A stretch of DNA of 64,000 nucleotides from Patescibacteria group bacterium (GTDB taxonomy: Bacteria > Patescibacteriota > Minisyncoccia > 2-02-FULL-40-12): the NCBI GenBank assembly GCA_038062015.1, contig JBBTXZ010000003.1, positions 7,857 to 71,856 of the forward strand, in the 5' to 3' direction. The notes beneath the pieces were generated by a model that was not told the origin of the DNA, ran no database searches, and was given only the letters and a program-made list of their open reading frames with translations. Positions 45,827-55,278 of this stretch are shown piece after piece (the first letter of the stretch is position 1; each line of letters begins with the position of its first letter). The translations under genes and the position numbers were made by a program.

Positions 45827-46875
45827 TATTGAAACTCTTCTTTATCGGTGCTGATTAAAATATCTTTTAATTTATCAACATCTTCTAAAACTATGCCGCA
45901 ACCTCTGACCACAGCCGTCAAAGGATCATCGATTATTTTAACCGGCAGTTTTGTCTCATGAGCCAATAAAACGTCAAGCCCTCTTAAAAGGCTTCCGCCG
46001 CCAGCCAGATATATTCCCTTTTTTGTCAAATCAGAGATAAGCTCCGGCGGAGCATCTTCGATAGTGTCTTTGACGGCGTTAATTATGATCCTGGTAGAAT
46101 GCATCAACGCTTTTTTGATTTCCGAAGAAGTAATTTTTATCTCCTTGGGCAGGCCGCTCGCGGTGTCGCGGCCGCTTATTTCCATATCCAGCTCTTCGAC
46201 TTCCGGCCAGACCGAACCGATGGAAATTTTTATGTCTTCAGCCATCCGTTCGCCAATTAAGAGCTTAAATTCGTCCTTGATGTATTGAATTATATCTTCA
46301 TTAAACTTATCGCCGGCTATTCTAATGCTTCTTAATGCCACCATCCCGCCTAAGGAGATTAAAGCCACTTCGGTCGTGCCGCCGCCGATATCAACTATAA
46401 GATTGGCTTTAGGATCATAAATCGGGAGCCTTGCGCCGATGGCCGCAGCCATTGGTTCTTCAATCAGATAAACTTCTCTCGCTCCGGCGTTGAAAACCGC
46501 ATCCTCCACGGCTCTTTTTTCAACTTCGGTCACGCCAGAAGGAATTCCGATAATCACTCTTGGCCGCGGCACCAGAGTAAAAGATTCTTTGTGAACCTTA
46601 TCAATGAAATATTTGAGCATCTGTTCGGTGATTTCAAAATCCGATACGACTCCGGAAACGAGAGGCCGCGAAGCAACAATGAAGCCGGGCGTTTTTCCAA
46701 TCATTTTCTGGGCCTCGCTTCCAATAGCGATAATCTGGCCGGTCTTTTTATTGACCGACACGACCGAAGGCTCATTAATGACAATCCCCCGCCCCTTAAC
46801 ATAAACAAGGGTATTAGCCGTACCCAAGTCTATGCCGATATCTTTTGAAAAAGCACCGAAAAGTTTATCTAACAT
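45826..46875 (-). CDS. mreB: Rod shape-determining protein MreB (paralogue 2)
   Basis: IGIDLGTANT, EEPMAAAIG, DIGGGTTE, AGGGSLL. Confidence 0.96.
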   Translation of the reverse strand: MLDKLFGAFSKDIGIDLGTANTLVYVKGRGIVINEPSVVSVNKKTGQIIAIGSEAQKMIGKTPGFIVASRPLVSGVVSDFEITEQMLKYFIDKVHKESFTLVPRPRVIIGIPSGVTEVEKRAVEDAVFNAGAREVYLIEEPMAAAIGARLPIYDPKANLIVDIGGGTTEVALISLGGMVALRSIRIAGDKFNEDIIQYIKDEFKLLIGERMAEDIKISIGSVWPEVEELDMEISGRDTASGLPKEIKITSSEIKKALMHSTRIIINAVKDTIEDAPPELISDLTKKGIYLAGGGSLLRGLDVLLAHETKLPVKIIDDPLTAVVRGCGIVLEDVDKLKDILISTDKEEFQ

Positions 46876-46879
46876 CCAT

Positions 46880-48115
46880 CTATCTTAGTTGATTAGATAA
46901 TTTATTCAAGTTGACTAAAATAGATTTATCTTCTGCCCTTTTTTTAAACTCAACCGAATCTTTTTCCAAAGTCTTTTCGCTTACTATCACCCTAAAAGGG
47001 CAGCCTATTAAATCCGCATCGGCGAATTTTTCACCCGGGCTTTGATCCAGACGATCATCATACAAAACTTCAACTCCGGCATTTTGCAGATCTTCGTAAA
47101 TTTTACCTGCTTCTTGATTCCTATGATTTAAAGCAATCAAATGAACTTTGAAGGGCGCCACATTTTCAGGCCAAAGAATTCCGATTCCGTCATTATGAAT
47201 TTCGACGATCGTTCCCATAAGCCGGCTGATTCCAATTCCATACGAACCCATTACTACATGCTTTTGGCCGCCGTCTTTATCTAAGTATTTTAAACCGAAA
47301 GCTTCGGAATATTTTAAGCCTAATGGAAAGATATTGCCGACTTCGATTGATTTTTTTTCTTGGACAAAGCCGCCGCATTTAGAACACTGGCCGCCGTCTT
47401 TTAATTTTGAAATTTCAGAATTTTCCGCATATTCGCATTTTAAACAAATAAAAACAGTATCTTCGCCGACATCGGACAAAACCTGAAACTCATGGGTATT
47501 AGAAATAGTAAAGGCTCCGCCGCCAGCCAAAGTATATATCGTTTTCAAGCCGCAACGTTCAAAAATTTTAAAATAGGCTTGTTTTACCGAATCATAATAT
47601 CGAAATAAGTCTTTTTCGGATTCGTGGAAGCTATATAAATCTTTCATCAAGAATTCGCGGCCGCGCAATAGACCCGATTTGGCTCTCGGCTCATTCCTGA
47701 ATTTAGTCTGGAATTGATAAACCGCTTTAGGCAGATCTTTATACGAATTAATAAACTTTGAAGCCATAAAAGACAAAATATCCTCATGAGACCAGCCGAG
47801 CGTGAAATTTGATTCTTTTTCTTTTTTGCCTCTAACTTCAAAACCGATATCCACATCCCATCTTCCGGTGGCGTCCCAGTATTTTTTTTCAACCAGAGCC
47901 GGCATAGAAATTTTTTCGCCGCCGACGGCATCCATTTCTTCATCCACGATCTTTAATATTTTTTCAATCACCCGCCAGCCTAATGAGAAAAAAGTGTAAA
48001 CTCCGGCCGAGTTCTTAAAAATAAAACCGCCCCGAATCAATAATTTAGCGTTGATGCTTTCTTCGTCTTTGGGGGCTTCGCGTAGAGTTTTAGTGAAAAG
48101 TTTAGATAATCTCAA
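46880..48115 (-). CDS. proS: Proline--tRNA ligase, short form without the INS editing domain
   Basis: MRLSKLF..TLRE.P, KFRNEPR..SGLLRGREF.MKDLYSF, MGSYGIG. Confidence 0.95.
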   Translation of the reverse strand: MRLSKLFTKTLREAPKDEESINAKLLIRGGFIFKNSAGVYTFFSLGWRVIEKILKIVDEEMDAVGGEKISMPALVEKKYWDATGRWDVDIGFEVRGKKEKESNFTLGWSHEDILSFMASKFINSYKDLPKAVYQFQTKFRNEPRAKSGLLRGREFLMKDLYSFHESEKDLFRYYDSVKQAYFKIFERCGLKTIYTLAGGGAFTISNTHEFQVLSDVGEDTVFICLKCEYAENSEISKLKDGGQCSKCGGFVQEKKSIEVGNIFPLGLKYSEAFGLKYLDKDGGQKHVVMGSYGIGISRLMGTIVEIHNDGIGILWPENVAPFKVHLIALNHRNQEAGKIYEDLQNAGVEVLYDDRLDQSPGEKFADADLIGCPFRVIVSEKTLEKDSVEFKKRAEDKSILVNLNKLSNQLR

Positions 48116-48145
48116 GGTTTTAAAAGTGAGGCTATAGCCGAACTT

Positions 48146-49225
48146 CTAAAAGAACTTTGTAACATCTTTAACTGTAATCCAAATCATCAAAGCAATCAAA
48201 AAGGCGAATCCAGCCGCGTTCACGAATCCTTCAATTTTTTTTGGAACCGGCGAACCTTTTAATTTCTCAATGCCGATAAAAAGCAGCCGGCCGCCGTCTA
48301 AAGCCGGAAAGGGAATAATATTTAAAACCGCCAGATTGATTGAAAGCAGAGCTACGAATTGAATCAAATAATTAAAACCCAGCCCGGCGGCCTGACCAGT
48401 CAAAACGGCAATCCCGATTGGCCCGGAAACATCGGCAATTAAACGGGAATCAACAAAAAGATTTCTGAAAAAAAGGCCGAGGGCAATCATAATATTGACG
48501 GCCATCACGCCGGTATCACGAATTCCCCGCCAAATTGCCTCATACCAGGGATAAGATACCACTCCGGTCTTAGCCAGATTAACGCCGATGGCACCCTGAC
48601 CGACCGGCGGATTTTTTCTTGGAATCAATTTTAAATTAACTTCAGTTCCATTTCTTCCAATAATTAAAACAATTTCTTCGCCGCCGTATTTCTTTACAAA
48701 GTCCTGAACCTCTTCAACATTTTTCGGTCGCACTAAATCTTCGCCTTTTTGAAGCTGTTTAATTTCGTCTAAGATTTTTAATCCGGCGGCGCGGGCGGGT
48801 GAATCCTGGGAAACCTGAATTATTTGGATTTTTATGTCTTTGGCGGTAAAATCTTCATTACCGGCCAATCCGATTCTCAAACCCAAAAAATTTCCTAAAC
48901 CGAGAAGAACCGCCGCTAAAAAAAGATTCATCAAAACTCCGGCGACGATGACTTTAGCCCGTTGTCCGGCCGGCTTTGAAGCGAAACTTCTTGAATTGTC
49001 CCGATCTTCACCGTCTTCGCCGTAAATCTTCACAAAACCACCGAAAGGAATCCAATTGATTGAATAAACCGTTTCGCCCCTTTTGATCCCGAAAAGGCGT
49101 GGCGGAAACCCGAAACCGAATTCTTCCACCTTCATTCCGGCTTTCTTGGCCACATAAAAATGCCCGAACTCATGGGCTAAAACTAAAACCCCTAAAACAA
49201 TGATAAAAATTATTGCGGTTAGCAT
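48146..49225 (-). CDS. rseP: Site-2 (M50) zinc metalloprotease with PDZ domain
   Basis: HEFGH, GGFVKI, NIIPFPALDGG. Confidence 0.92.
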   Translation of the reverse strand: MLTAIIFIIVLGVLVLAHEFGHFYVAKKAGMKVEEFGFGFPPRLFGIKRGETVYSINWIPFGGFVKIYGEDGEDRDNSRSFASKPAGQRAKVIVAGVLMNLFLAAVLLGLGNFLGLRIGLAGNEDFTAKDIKIQIIQVSQDSPARAAGLKILDEIKQLQKGEDLVRPKNVEEVQDFVKKYGGEEIVLIIGRNGTEVNLKLIPRKNPPVGQGAIGVNLAKTGVVSYPWYEAIWRGIRDTGVMAVNIMIALGLFFRNLFVDSRLIADVSGPIGIAVLTGQAAGLGFNYLIQFVALLSINLAVLNIIPFPALDGGRLLFIGIEKLKGSPVPKKIEGFVNAAGFAFLIALMIWITVKDVTKFF

Positions 49226-49226
49226 T

Positions 49227-49559
49227 TTATAACTCGGCTCTTCGTCTTGCTAAAAACATAAACGGGGAAAAGTATTTTTCTAAATCTTTTAAAGTAGTAT
49301 TATAAATTTTGCCCTTTTCGGCGGCTTCGCAAAATAACTCACGCGCTCTTCCTATTTCCCAAAGATGACCCTGCCATCGCTGGTCGTCTAAAGTAAGTTC
49401 GAAAAGTTCTATGGACCGACTCACCGCACCTTCAAAAAGTTTTTCATCTTTCCCTTGCCATTTAGCCGCTCTCCCGACTTCGGCGCCTATATTCGCCATT
49501 TGTTCTTCCAAAGAAAATTTACCCCAACTTTTTTTTAAATCTTGGATATATTGATTCAT
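49227..49559 (-). CDS. Conserved-looking helical hypothetical protein
   Basis: W...SL.EQMANIG.EV.RA pattern; tight operon spacing. Confidence 0.65.
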   Translation of the reverse strand: MNQYIQDLKKSWGKFSLEEQMANIGAEVGRAAKWQGKDEKLFEGAVSRSIELFELTLDDQRWQGHLWEIGRARELFCEAAEKGKIYNTTLKDLEKYFSPFMFLARRRAEL

Positions 49560-49564
49560 ACTTT

Positions 49565-49918
49565 TCAGTCTAAAATTAATTTAGCCACAATTTCTTTTAT
49601 TTTTTCTCTAATTTGCGGATCTTCTACGCCGCGGGAACGGTTATTTTGCAATGGTTTTAAATTTATTATCGAATCAAATTCTATCATTTCTTCCTTCGGT
49701 TTGTCAGGATAAAGATTAATCCCCCAGGTATCTTCGCCCTTTGAATCATGTTTTTCAATCAAAAACACCTGTTCGTCGGAATGAAAGGCGCCGCCAAGAG
49801 CAATAATTTCTTGTTTCAGGTCTATCACTGCCTTCACTAAATCGCCAAATCTTTCTTTGGCAATCTCTTTAAGCTCCGATTTAGTAATAGGTTTTTTAAT
49901 TAAATTAATTTCCGCCAT
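49565..49918 (-). CDS. DUF5674-like protein
   Basis: VKAVID....IALGG..H.D.E..L...S...WG.NLYP...IEFDS.IN..P..NNRSR. Confidence 0.75.
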   Translation of the reverse strand: MAEINLIKKPITKSELKEIAKERFGDLVKAVIDLKQEIIALGGAFHSDEQVFLIEKHDSKGEDTWGINLYPDKPKEEMIEFDSIINLKPLQNNRSRGVEDPQIREKIKEIVAKLILD

Positions 49919-49990
49919 ATTTTGGCCGGCTGAATTTTAATAAATCGAGGCCGAACGTTTTCGAAATGGCTGTACCCGAGAAGATTTTTG

Positions 49991-50548
49991 CTATCCGCTT
50001 AATTCTCTTTCTTTACTCTCCCCTATTTCCTTTACTTTTTTATTAAACTCATCGACCGCTTTTTGAAGTTCGTCTTTAGCCCTGAATTTATCATCCTCTG
50101 AAATCTTCTTCTCCTTTTCTAGATTCTGGACCTTGTGCCAAACCTCGTCCCGGCCGCGCCTTATTCTTATCCGGGCCTGTTCAAGTTTATCATGCAAAAG
50201 TTTTATCATTTCTTTCCTCCTTTCATCCACCAAAGGCGGCAACACCAATTTTATATTCTGGCCGTCAATACTCGGATTCAAGCCGAGCCGGCTTTCTTCA
50301 ATCGCTTTAGCTACGGCGCCAACCCCATTTTTATCCCAGACCTGGATAATCAGAGTCTTTGCGTCCGGAACCATTATCGTCGCGACCTCTTTTAAATTCA
50401 ATCTACCCCCGTAAGCGTCAACTTTTAGATTTTCAACTAAGATCGGGCTGGCCCGGCCGCCTCTTAACTGGGCGAGATCATTTTTTAAAAAATCCAAAGT
50501 CTTATCCAGCTCTTTTTTTAAATTTTCTATTAATAGCTTATCAATCAT
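49991..50548 (-). CDS. frr: Ribosome recycling factor
   Basis: LRGGRASP, LGLNP, PPL..ERR, ISEDD. Confidence 0.96.
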   Translation of the reverse strand: MIDKLLIENLKKELDKTLDFLKNDLAQLRGGRASPILVENLKVDAYGGRLNLKEVATIMVPDAKTLIIQVWDKNGVGAVAKAIEESRLGLNPSIDGQNIKLVLPPLVDERRKEMIKLLHDKLEQARIRIRRGRDEVWHKVQNLEKEKKISEDDKFRAKDELQKAVDEFNKKVKEIGESKERELSG

Positions 50549-51366
50549 AGATTGATCATAAAATTCTCAAGAGCCAGGCGATGATTAAACTGCGGCCTTG
50601 AAAGAATGTTCGATAAATGCAAAATTTCTTTAGCCAGCCTTTTATCCACCAACGAAGCCGAATAAATAAACCAATCTCCGGCCGTCTTTTTTAAATCTTC
50701 AAAACTGTCCGAAATTTTTTTAGCCGCCTCAAATCGCTCTTTTAAATCGGCCCTCATCAGTTTATTTAATAAATTAATATTTTTTTGGAAGCCCTCAAAA
50801 TTATTTGCCAGCTCCAAGGCCAAGCCCAAAGAACCATTAGAAAGTTTGGAGCAAGTTTCAGCGACATCTTTTTTGATTTTGTTAATACCCCGCTCAGCGA
50901 GGCCGGCCAAATGATCTAAAATCTCCTGTTCTCTTAATGGCCTGAATCTTACCGGCTGGCAGCGCGAGACCACCGTAGAAAGAAGCATTTTCGGAAGATG
51001 GCTTACTAAAAATAAGATGGATTTTCCCGGCGGTTCCTCCAAAATTTTAAGCAGGGCGTTTGAAGCGTCGTGGCCGAGGTTATTGGCATTATTAATGATT
51101 GCGATTTTATACTTTCCAAAAGGAGTCAGATGGATAAAATCTTTCAGCTCTCTGATATCAGCGATATGAATTTCATCTTTTTCTTTATCAATTACTTTTA
51201 AATCGGGATTACTGACTGTCGGTCCGGCGATTAGTTCCGAAATTTTAAAAGCAAGCAGTTTTTTGCCGACTCCTTCCGGTCCGTAAAAAAGATAGGCATG
51301 GCTTAAACTACCTTGTTTTATCAAATTTTCAAAATAGTTCTGAATTTGTTGATTTCCTATAAGCAT
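50545..51366 (-). CDS. holB: DNA polymerase III delta-prime subunit
   Basis: HAYLFYGPEGVGK, ASNALLKILEEPP, TVVSRCQ. Confidence 0.9.
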   Translation of the reverse strand: MLIGNQQIQNYFENLIKQGSLSHAYLFYGPEGVGKKLLAFKISELIAGPTVSNPDLKVIDKEKDEIHIADIRELKDFIHLTPFGKYKIAIINNANNLGHDASNALLKILEEPPGKSILFLVSHLPKMLLSTVVSRCQPVRFRPLREQEILDHLAGLAERGINKIKKDVAETCSKLSNGSLGLALELANNFEGFQKNINLLNKLMRADLKERFEAAKKISDSFEDLKKTAGDWFIYSASLVDKRLAKEILHLSNILSRPQFNHRLALENFMINL

Positions 51367-51461
51367 GGTTTATAAATTCAAAACTCAAATTTTAAATTTT
51401 AATTGAATGTTTAAAGATTTTAAATTTAAAACATTTCTGCATTTGATTTAAAATTTGTAAT

Positions 51462-52589
51462 TTAAAATTGGAATTTATTTAGTATCTCCCCGGCTATTAC
51501 CTCCCCCGCATCTAACCTCGCAAATCGCTTGATTTCCCCGCCGACCAAAGGGTTATTTAACAAATGTTTAATCTGGTCTATCAAAATATGAGGCTTTAGA
51601 TTTTGCTCTTCCAAAACCACCGCGCCGAATTTAGCGAACTCGGCCGCGTTTCCTTTCTGGTGGTTTCCGGCCGAATAAGGATAAGGTATCACAATTGATG
51701 GTTTCGCTAAAGCGGCGATCTCAAAAATACTGGAACCAGAACGCGAAACTACTAAATCCGACATGGCAAAAGCATTTTTCAATTTTTCTTCGTTTAAAAA
51801 ACTATAAGCCCGGTAATTTTTTTCTATATTCTCATCATATTTCCCCTTGCCTTCATTTTTAATAATATCCGTTTCCTTTTTAACCAGCTCAAAATTATTA
51901 ATTCCGGCTTGATGGATAATCTGGAAATCTTTAACCAGATGAATCAAAGAATTAATCAAAAGATTATTTATAAACACGGCTCCCTGGCTTCCGGCTAAAA
52001 ATAAAATCGTTTTTTTACCGAAATCAAAATTAAAAAAACCGGCCGCTTCGGCTTTATTCCCGTTAAATAAATTTTCCCTTACCGGATTGCCGCTTAAAAC
52101 GGTTTTTTGGACAGGAAAATATCTAGCCGCGTTTTCAAAAGAAATAAATATCCTTTTGGCAAATTTAGCCGCAAGCCGATTAACTAGACCGGGTACAGAA
52201 TCGGATTCATGAATGAAAAAAGGGATAAAGTAGAGCATGGCAACAAAAGTCGGAATAAACGAAGCAAAGCCGCCTTTTGAAAGAACAAGGTTGGGCATAA
52301 AAACAAAAAGAATCCAGAGGGCCTGAATAAAAGCAAAAGGAATCGCTAAAAAGGCAAGAAAATTCAGGCGGCCGCCTTCAACCCGCCTTAATCTGGGGGC
52401 TAAAATTTTTTTAAACCGGATGCTTTGGCTTTCAAACTCGCTTCTCCAACTAGACGAATCAGCCACGGCCATCAATTCCAAATTTATCCCTTTTTCGCCG
52501 GCCAGTTTTTGAAGCTCCCGGCCAACCGCGACTAAAGGATAAATATGTCCGCCAGTTCCTCCGCCAACCAGTAAAATTCTATAACTCAT
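51462..52589 (-). CDS. murG: Lipid II GlcNAc transferase MurG
   Basis: GGGTGGHIYP, KGGF, HESD..PG..N, GNPVR, GSQGA. Confidence 0.95.
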   Translation of the reverse strand: MSYRILLVGGGTGGHIYPLVAVGRELQKLAGEKGINLELMAVADSSSWRSEFESQSIRFKKILAPRLRRVEGGRLNFLAFLAIPFAFIQALWILFVFMPNLVLSKGGFASFIPTFVAMLYFIPFFIHESDSVPGLVNRLAAKFAKRIFISFENAARYFPVQKTVLSGNPVRENLFNGNKAEAAGFFNFDFGKKTILFLAGSQGAVFINNLLINSLIHLVKDFQIIHQAGINNFELVKKETDIIKNEGKGKYDENIEKNYRAYSFLNEEKLKNAFAMSDLVVSRSGSSIFEIAALAKPSIVIPYPYSAGNHQKGNAAEFAKFGAVVLEEQNLKPHILIDQIKHLLNNPLVGGEIKRFARLDAGEVIAGEILNKFQF

Positions 52590-52837
52590 AAAAAGCCTTC
52601 CTTTTTTAATAATCCAATTTTCGCCCTATTCCCGTATGCGTAACCGCCGATTTTGCCATCCGACCTTATCACCCGATGGCAGGGTACATTTTTAAAAGGA
52701 TTTTTATTTAAAACATTGCCAACGGCCCGGCAAGCGCGCGGCGAACCCGCAAATCTAGCCACCTCTTTATAATTTAAAACTTTTCCTTTAGGAATTTTCT
52801 TTACTATATTATACACTTTTTTTTGAAATTCAGTCAT
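52586..52837 (-). CDS. MGMT-family alkyltransferase (DNA-binding/catalytic domain only)
   Basis: IPKGKV..Y..VA, RAVG, PCHRV. Confidence 0.9.
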   Translation of the reverse strand: MTEFQKKVYNIVKKIPKGKVLNYKEVARFAGSPRACRAVGNVLNKNPFKNVPCHRVIRSDGKIGGYAYGNRAKIGLLKKEGFL

Positions 52838-54543
52838 TTTAAAAACTTAAGCATATCTTGCCACTTTCTGATATTTAGAATATCTTTCGCTTCTGCCCAG
52901 CCACGCCTGGCTTGAGCAATTCCCAATTCCAAATACTGAAAATGCAAAATACTGTGAGCGTCTGAATCAATTGACAGTTTCACTCCGGCTTCAACCGCTT
53001 TTCTGATATGCTGATCTTTCAAATCCAGCCGGCTCGGATAAGCGTCTATTTCCAAAACGGTTTTGGTTCTTTTGGCCGCCTTGATTAAAGCATCAATATC
53101 TATTTTATAGGATTCTCTTTTCTGAATCACCCGGCCGGTCGGATGAAAGATTACATCAATGTTCGGATTTTCCATCGCTCTAACTATTCTTTGGGTCTGT
53201 TCTTTTTCAGATAAATTAAAGTTAGAATGAACCGCTCCGCCGGCAACATCCAGTTTAGCTAAAATTTCATCGGAAATATCCATCTGGCCATCTTTCAAAA
53301 TATTAACCTCGGCGCCTTTTAAAATTTTAATACCGCTGACTTGTTTCTGGACTTCGTCTATTTCTCTCATTTGCCGAAGAAGTTTCTTCTCATCCAAGCC
53401 GCCGGTCATGGCCAGACTCTTTGTATGGTCGGTGATGACGATATATTCCAAGTCTGCTTTTTTGGCGGCTTCGGCCATTTCCTTGATTGAATTCTGGCCA
53501 TCAGTCCAGTTGGTTTGAACCTGCAGATCGCCCTTCAACGAACCATATTCAATTAATTTTGGCAGTTTGCCTTCTTGGGCCGCTTTAATTTCACCAGAAT
53601 TTATTCTGATTTCCGGCGGAATCCATTCAAGGCCGAGTTTTTTATAAATTTCTTCTTCCGTTTTCCCGGCCGCTAATTTTTTGCCCTTATATAATCCATA
53701 TTCATTCAGTTTATATCCCTTCTTGATTGCAATTTCGCGCAAAGCGATATTGTGGTACTTATCGCCGGTGAAATATTGCAAAGCCGCACCGAATGACTTC
53801 GGCTCTAAAACCCTCAAGTCCGCGTCCATTCCGTTGTTAAGCCGAATATTGGCTTTGGTTGAGCCCTTGGCGTAGATGTAGCTGGCTTCCGGCATCTTAA
53901 CAAAATAATCAATCACTTTTTCCGGCTCTTTGGAAATCGCCAAAATATCCAAGTCCCCCACTGTCTCCTGCATCCGTCTTATTGAACCGGCCGGCTCGGC
54001 AATCTCAACATAAGGCAAAGATCTTAAACGTTCTAAAATAGAGTTGACTAAAGGCCAGACAAAACCCAAAATAAAACGGCCTTGGCCGCTTTTTAAAAAT
54101 TCAATGCCTTTTAAAATTTTCTCCTCCGACTTTTCACCAAAACCTTCGAGGTCTCTTAGCTTCCCGGCTTTAGCCGCTTTTTCAAGCTCGCCGATTGTTT
54201 TGATTCCAAGTTTCTTATAAAGCTTATAGACGCTTTTAGGGCCGAGGCCTTCAACAGAAGTCAACTCGCTGACATCAACCGGCACCTGCTTTTTTAGATG
54301 TTCGTAATCTTTAATCCGCTTTGTTTTTATGTATTCTTCAATCTTTTCGGCAATCCCCTGCCCTATTCCTGAAATATCCATCAGAGCTTTCAAACCGCCT
54401 TTTTTGTAAATGTCCCTTACATCTTCTTCCAAGGTCTCAATTATTAACGCCGCTTTCTCATACGCCCGCGGCTTAAAAGGAACCTCTTTCATTTCCAGTA
54501 ACATGGCTATCTCAAAAAGGATTTTAGAGATTTCTTCATTCAT
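52834..54543 (-). CDS. polX: DNA polymerase X with PHP domain
   Basis: AGSIRR..ETVGDLD, LQYFTG, LNEYGL, ITDH, HPTGR, DSDAH. Confidence 0.95.
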   Translation of the reverse strand: MNEEISKILFEIAMLLEMKEVPFKPRAYEKAALIIETLEEDVRDIYKKGGLKALMDISGIGQGIAEKIEEYIKTKRIKDYEHLKKQVPVDVSELTSVEGLGPKSVYKLYKKLGIKTIGELEKAAKAGKLRDLEGFGEKSEEKILKGIEFLKSGQGRFILGFVWPLVNSILERLRSLPYVEIAEPAGSIRRMQETVGDLDILAISKEPEKVIDYFVKMPEASYIYAKGSTKANIRLNNGMDADLRVLEPKSFGAALQYFTGDKYHNIALREIAIKKGYKLNEYGLYKGKKLAAGKTEEEIYKKLGLEWIPPEIRINSGEIKAAQEGKLPKLIEYGSLKGDLQVQTNWTDGQNSIKEMAEAAKKADLEYIVITDHTKSLAMTGGLDEKKLLRQMREIDEVQKQVSGIKILKGAEVNILKDGQMDISDEILAKLDVAGGAVHSNFNLSEKEQTQRIVRAMENPNIDVIFHPTGRVIQKRESYKIDIDALIKAAKRTKTVLEIDAYPSRLDLKDQHIRKAVEAGVKLSIDSDAHSILHFQYLELGIAQARRGWAEAKDILNIRKWQDMLKFLK

Positions 54544-55166
54544 TAATGATGCTTCCGGCCGGGCTCTGGGAAAACTTGACCGCGCCCGACTTTTTCCCTT
54601 AACTCCGAATAAATTTTAATCAAAGTTATGGCGCCGGCGATAGCCACCAAACCAGCCACCAGAAAAACAATTTTAAAACCGAATTTCTCGGCTAAAATTC
54701 CGCCAAGCGCCGCCGCCGAAGCGGCGCCGATGCCAATAGAAACCGATTCTATCGCCCAATCAGTGCTCTCATGCATTTTATCAATATGGCGGGTGAAAAT
54801 TGCGTTCCAAGGCGGAATGGCAAAAGCCGCGCCCATCCCGTAAATCGCGTTAATAAAATAAAGATGAATCGGCTTAAAAGCAAAAATATATAAAAAAGGC
54901 ACTAAGGCGATTAAAAAAGAACCGATGATTAAAGAATAAAAATCGTCTTTCTCGCCGTGGTTTTTATCAAGGTAGTTGGCGATCGGAATCTGCAAAGATG
55001 ATTTTACGATTTGAAAAATAGCGGCCGTAAAACCGATAATGGCCAAAGTTCCGCCTTCAATTTTTTGAGTGATAAAAACGGCGAAAACCGGACCAAAAAC
55101 CGCAAATCCTGAAACCAATAAAAAATCGGAAGTAACTAAAGTGCGGATTACGCGGTTGATACGCAT
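54543..55166 (-). CDS. Half-size MFS-like transporter (about 6 TM)
   Basis: 207 aa hydrophobic protein; P.A...DK motif-A-like segment, ALGG.LA..FGF. Confidence 0.7.
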   Translation of the reverse strand: MRINRVIRTLVTSDFLLVSGFAVFGPVFAVFITQKIEGGTLAIIGFTAAIFQIVKSSLQIPIANYLDKNHGEKDDFYSLIIGSFLIALVPFLYIFAFKPIHLYFINAIYGMGAAFAIPPWNAIFTRHIDKMHESTDWAIESVSIGIGAASAAALGGILAEKFGFKIVFLVAGLVAIAGAITLIKIYSELREKVGRGQVFPEPGRKHH

Positions 55167-55278
55167 AAAATAATTGTAATATAGAATATAGAATGTAGGA
55201 AGTAGAATATAAGTTTAATGAAACTTAAAAAAAACGAGTGAGCTCGTTTTGTTCTATATTCTATATTCTATATTCTAA

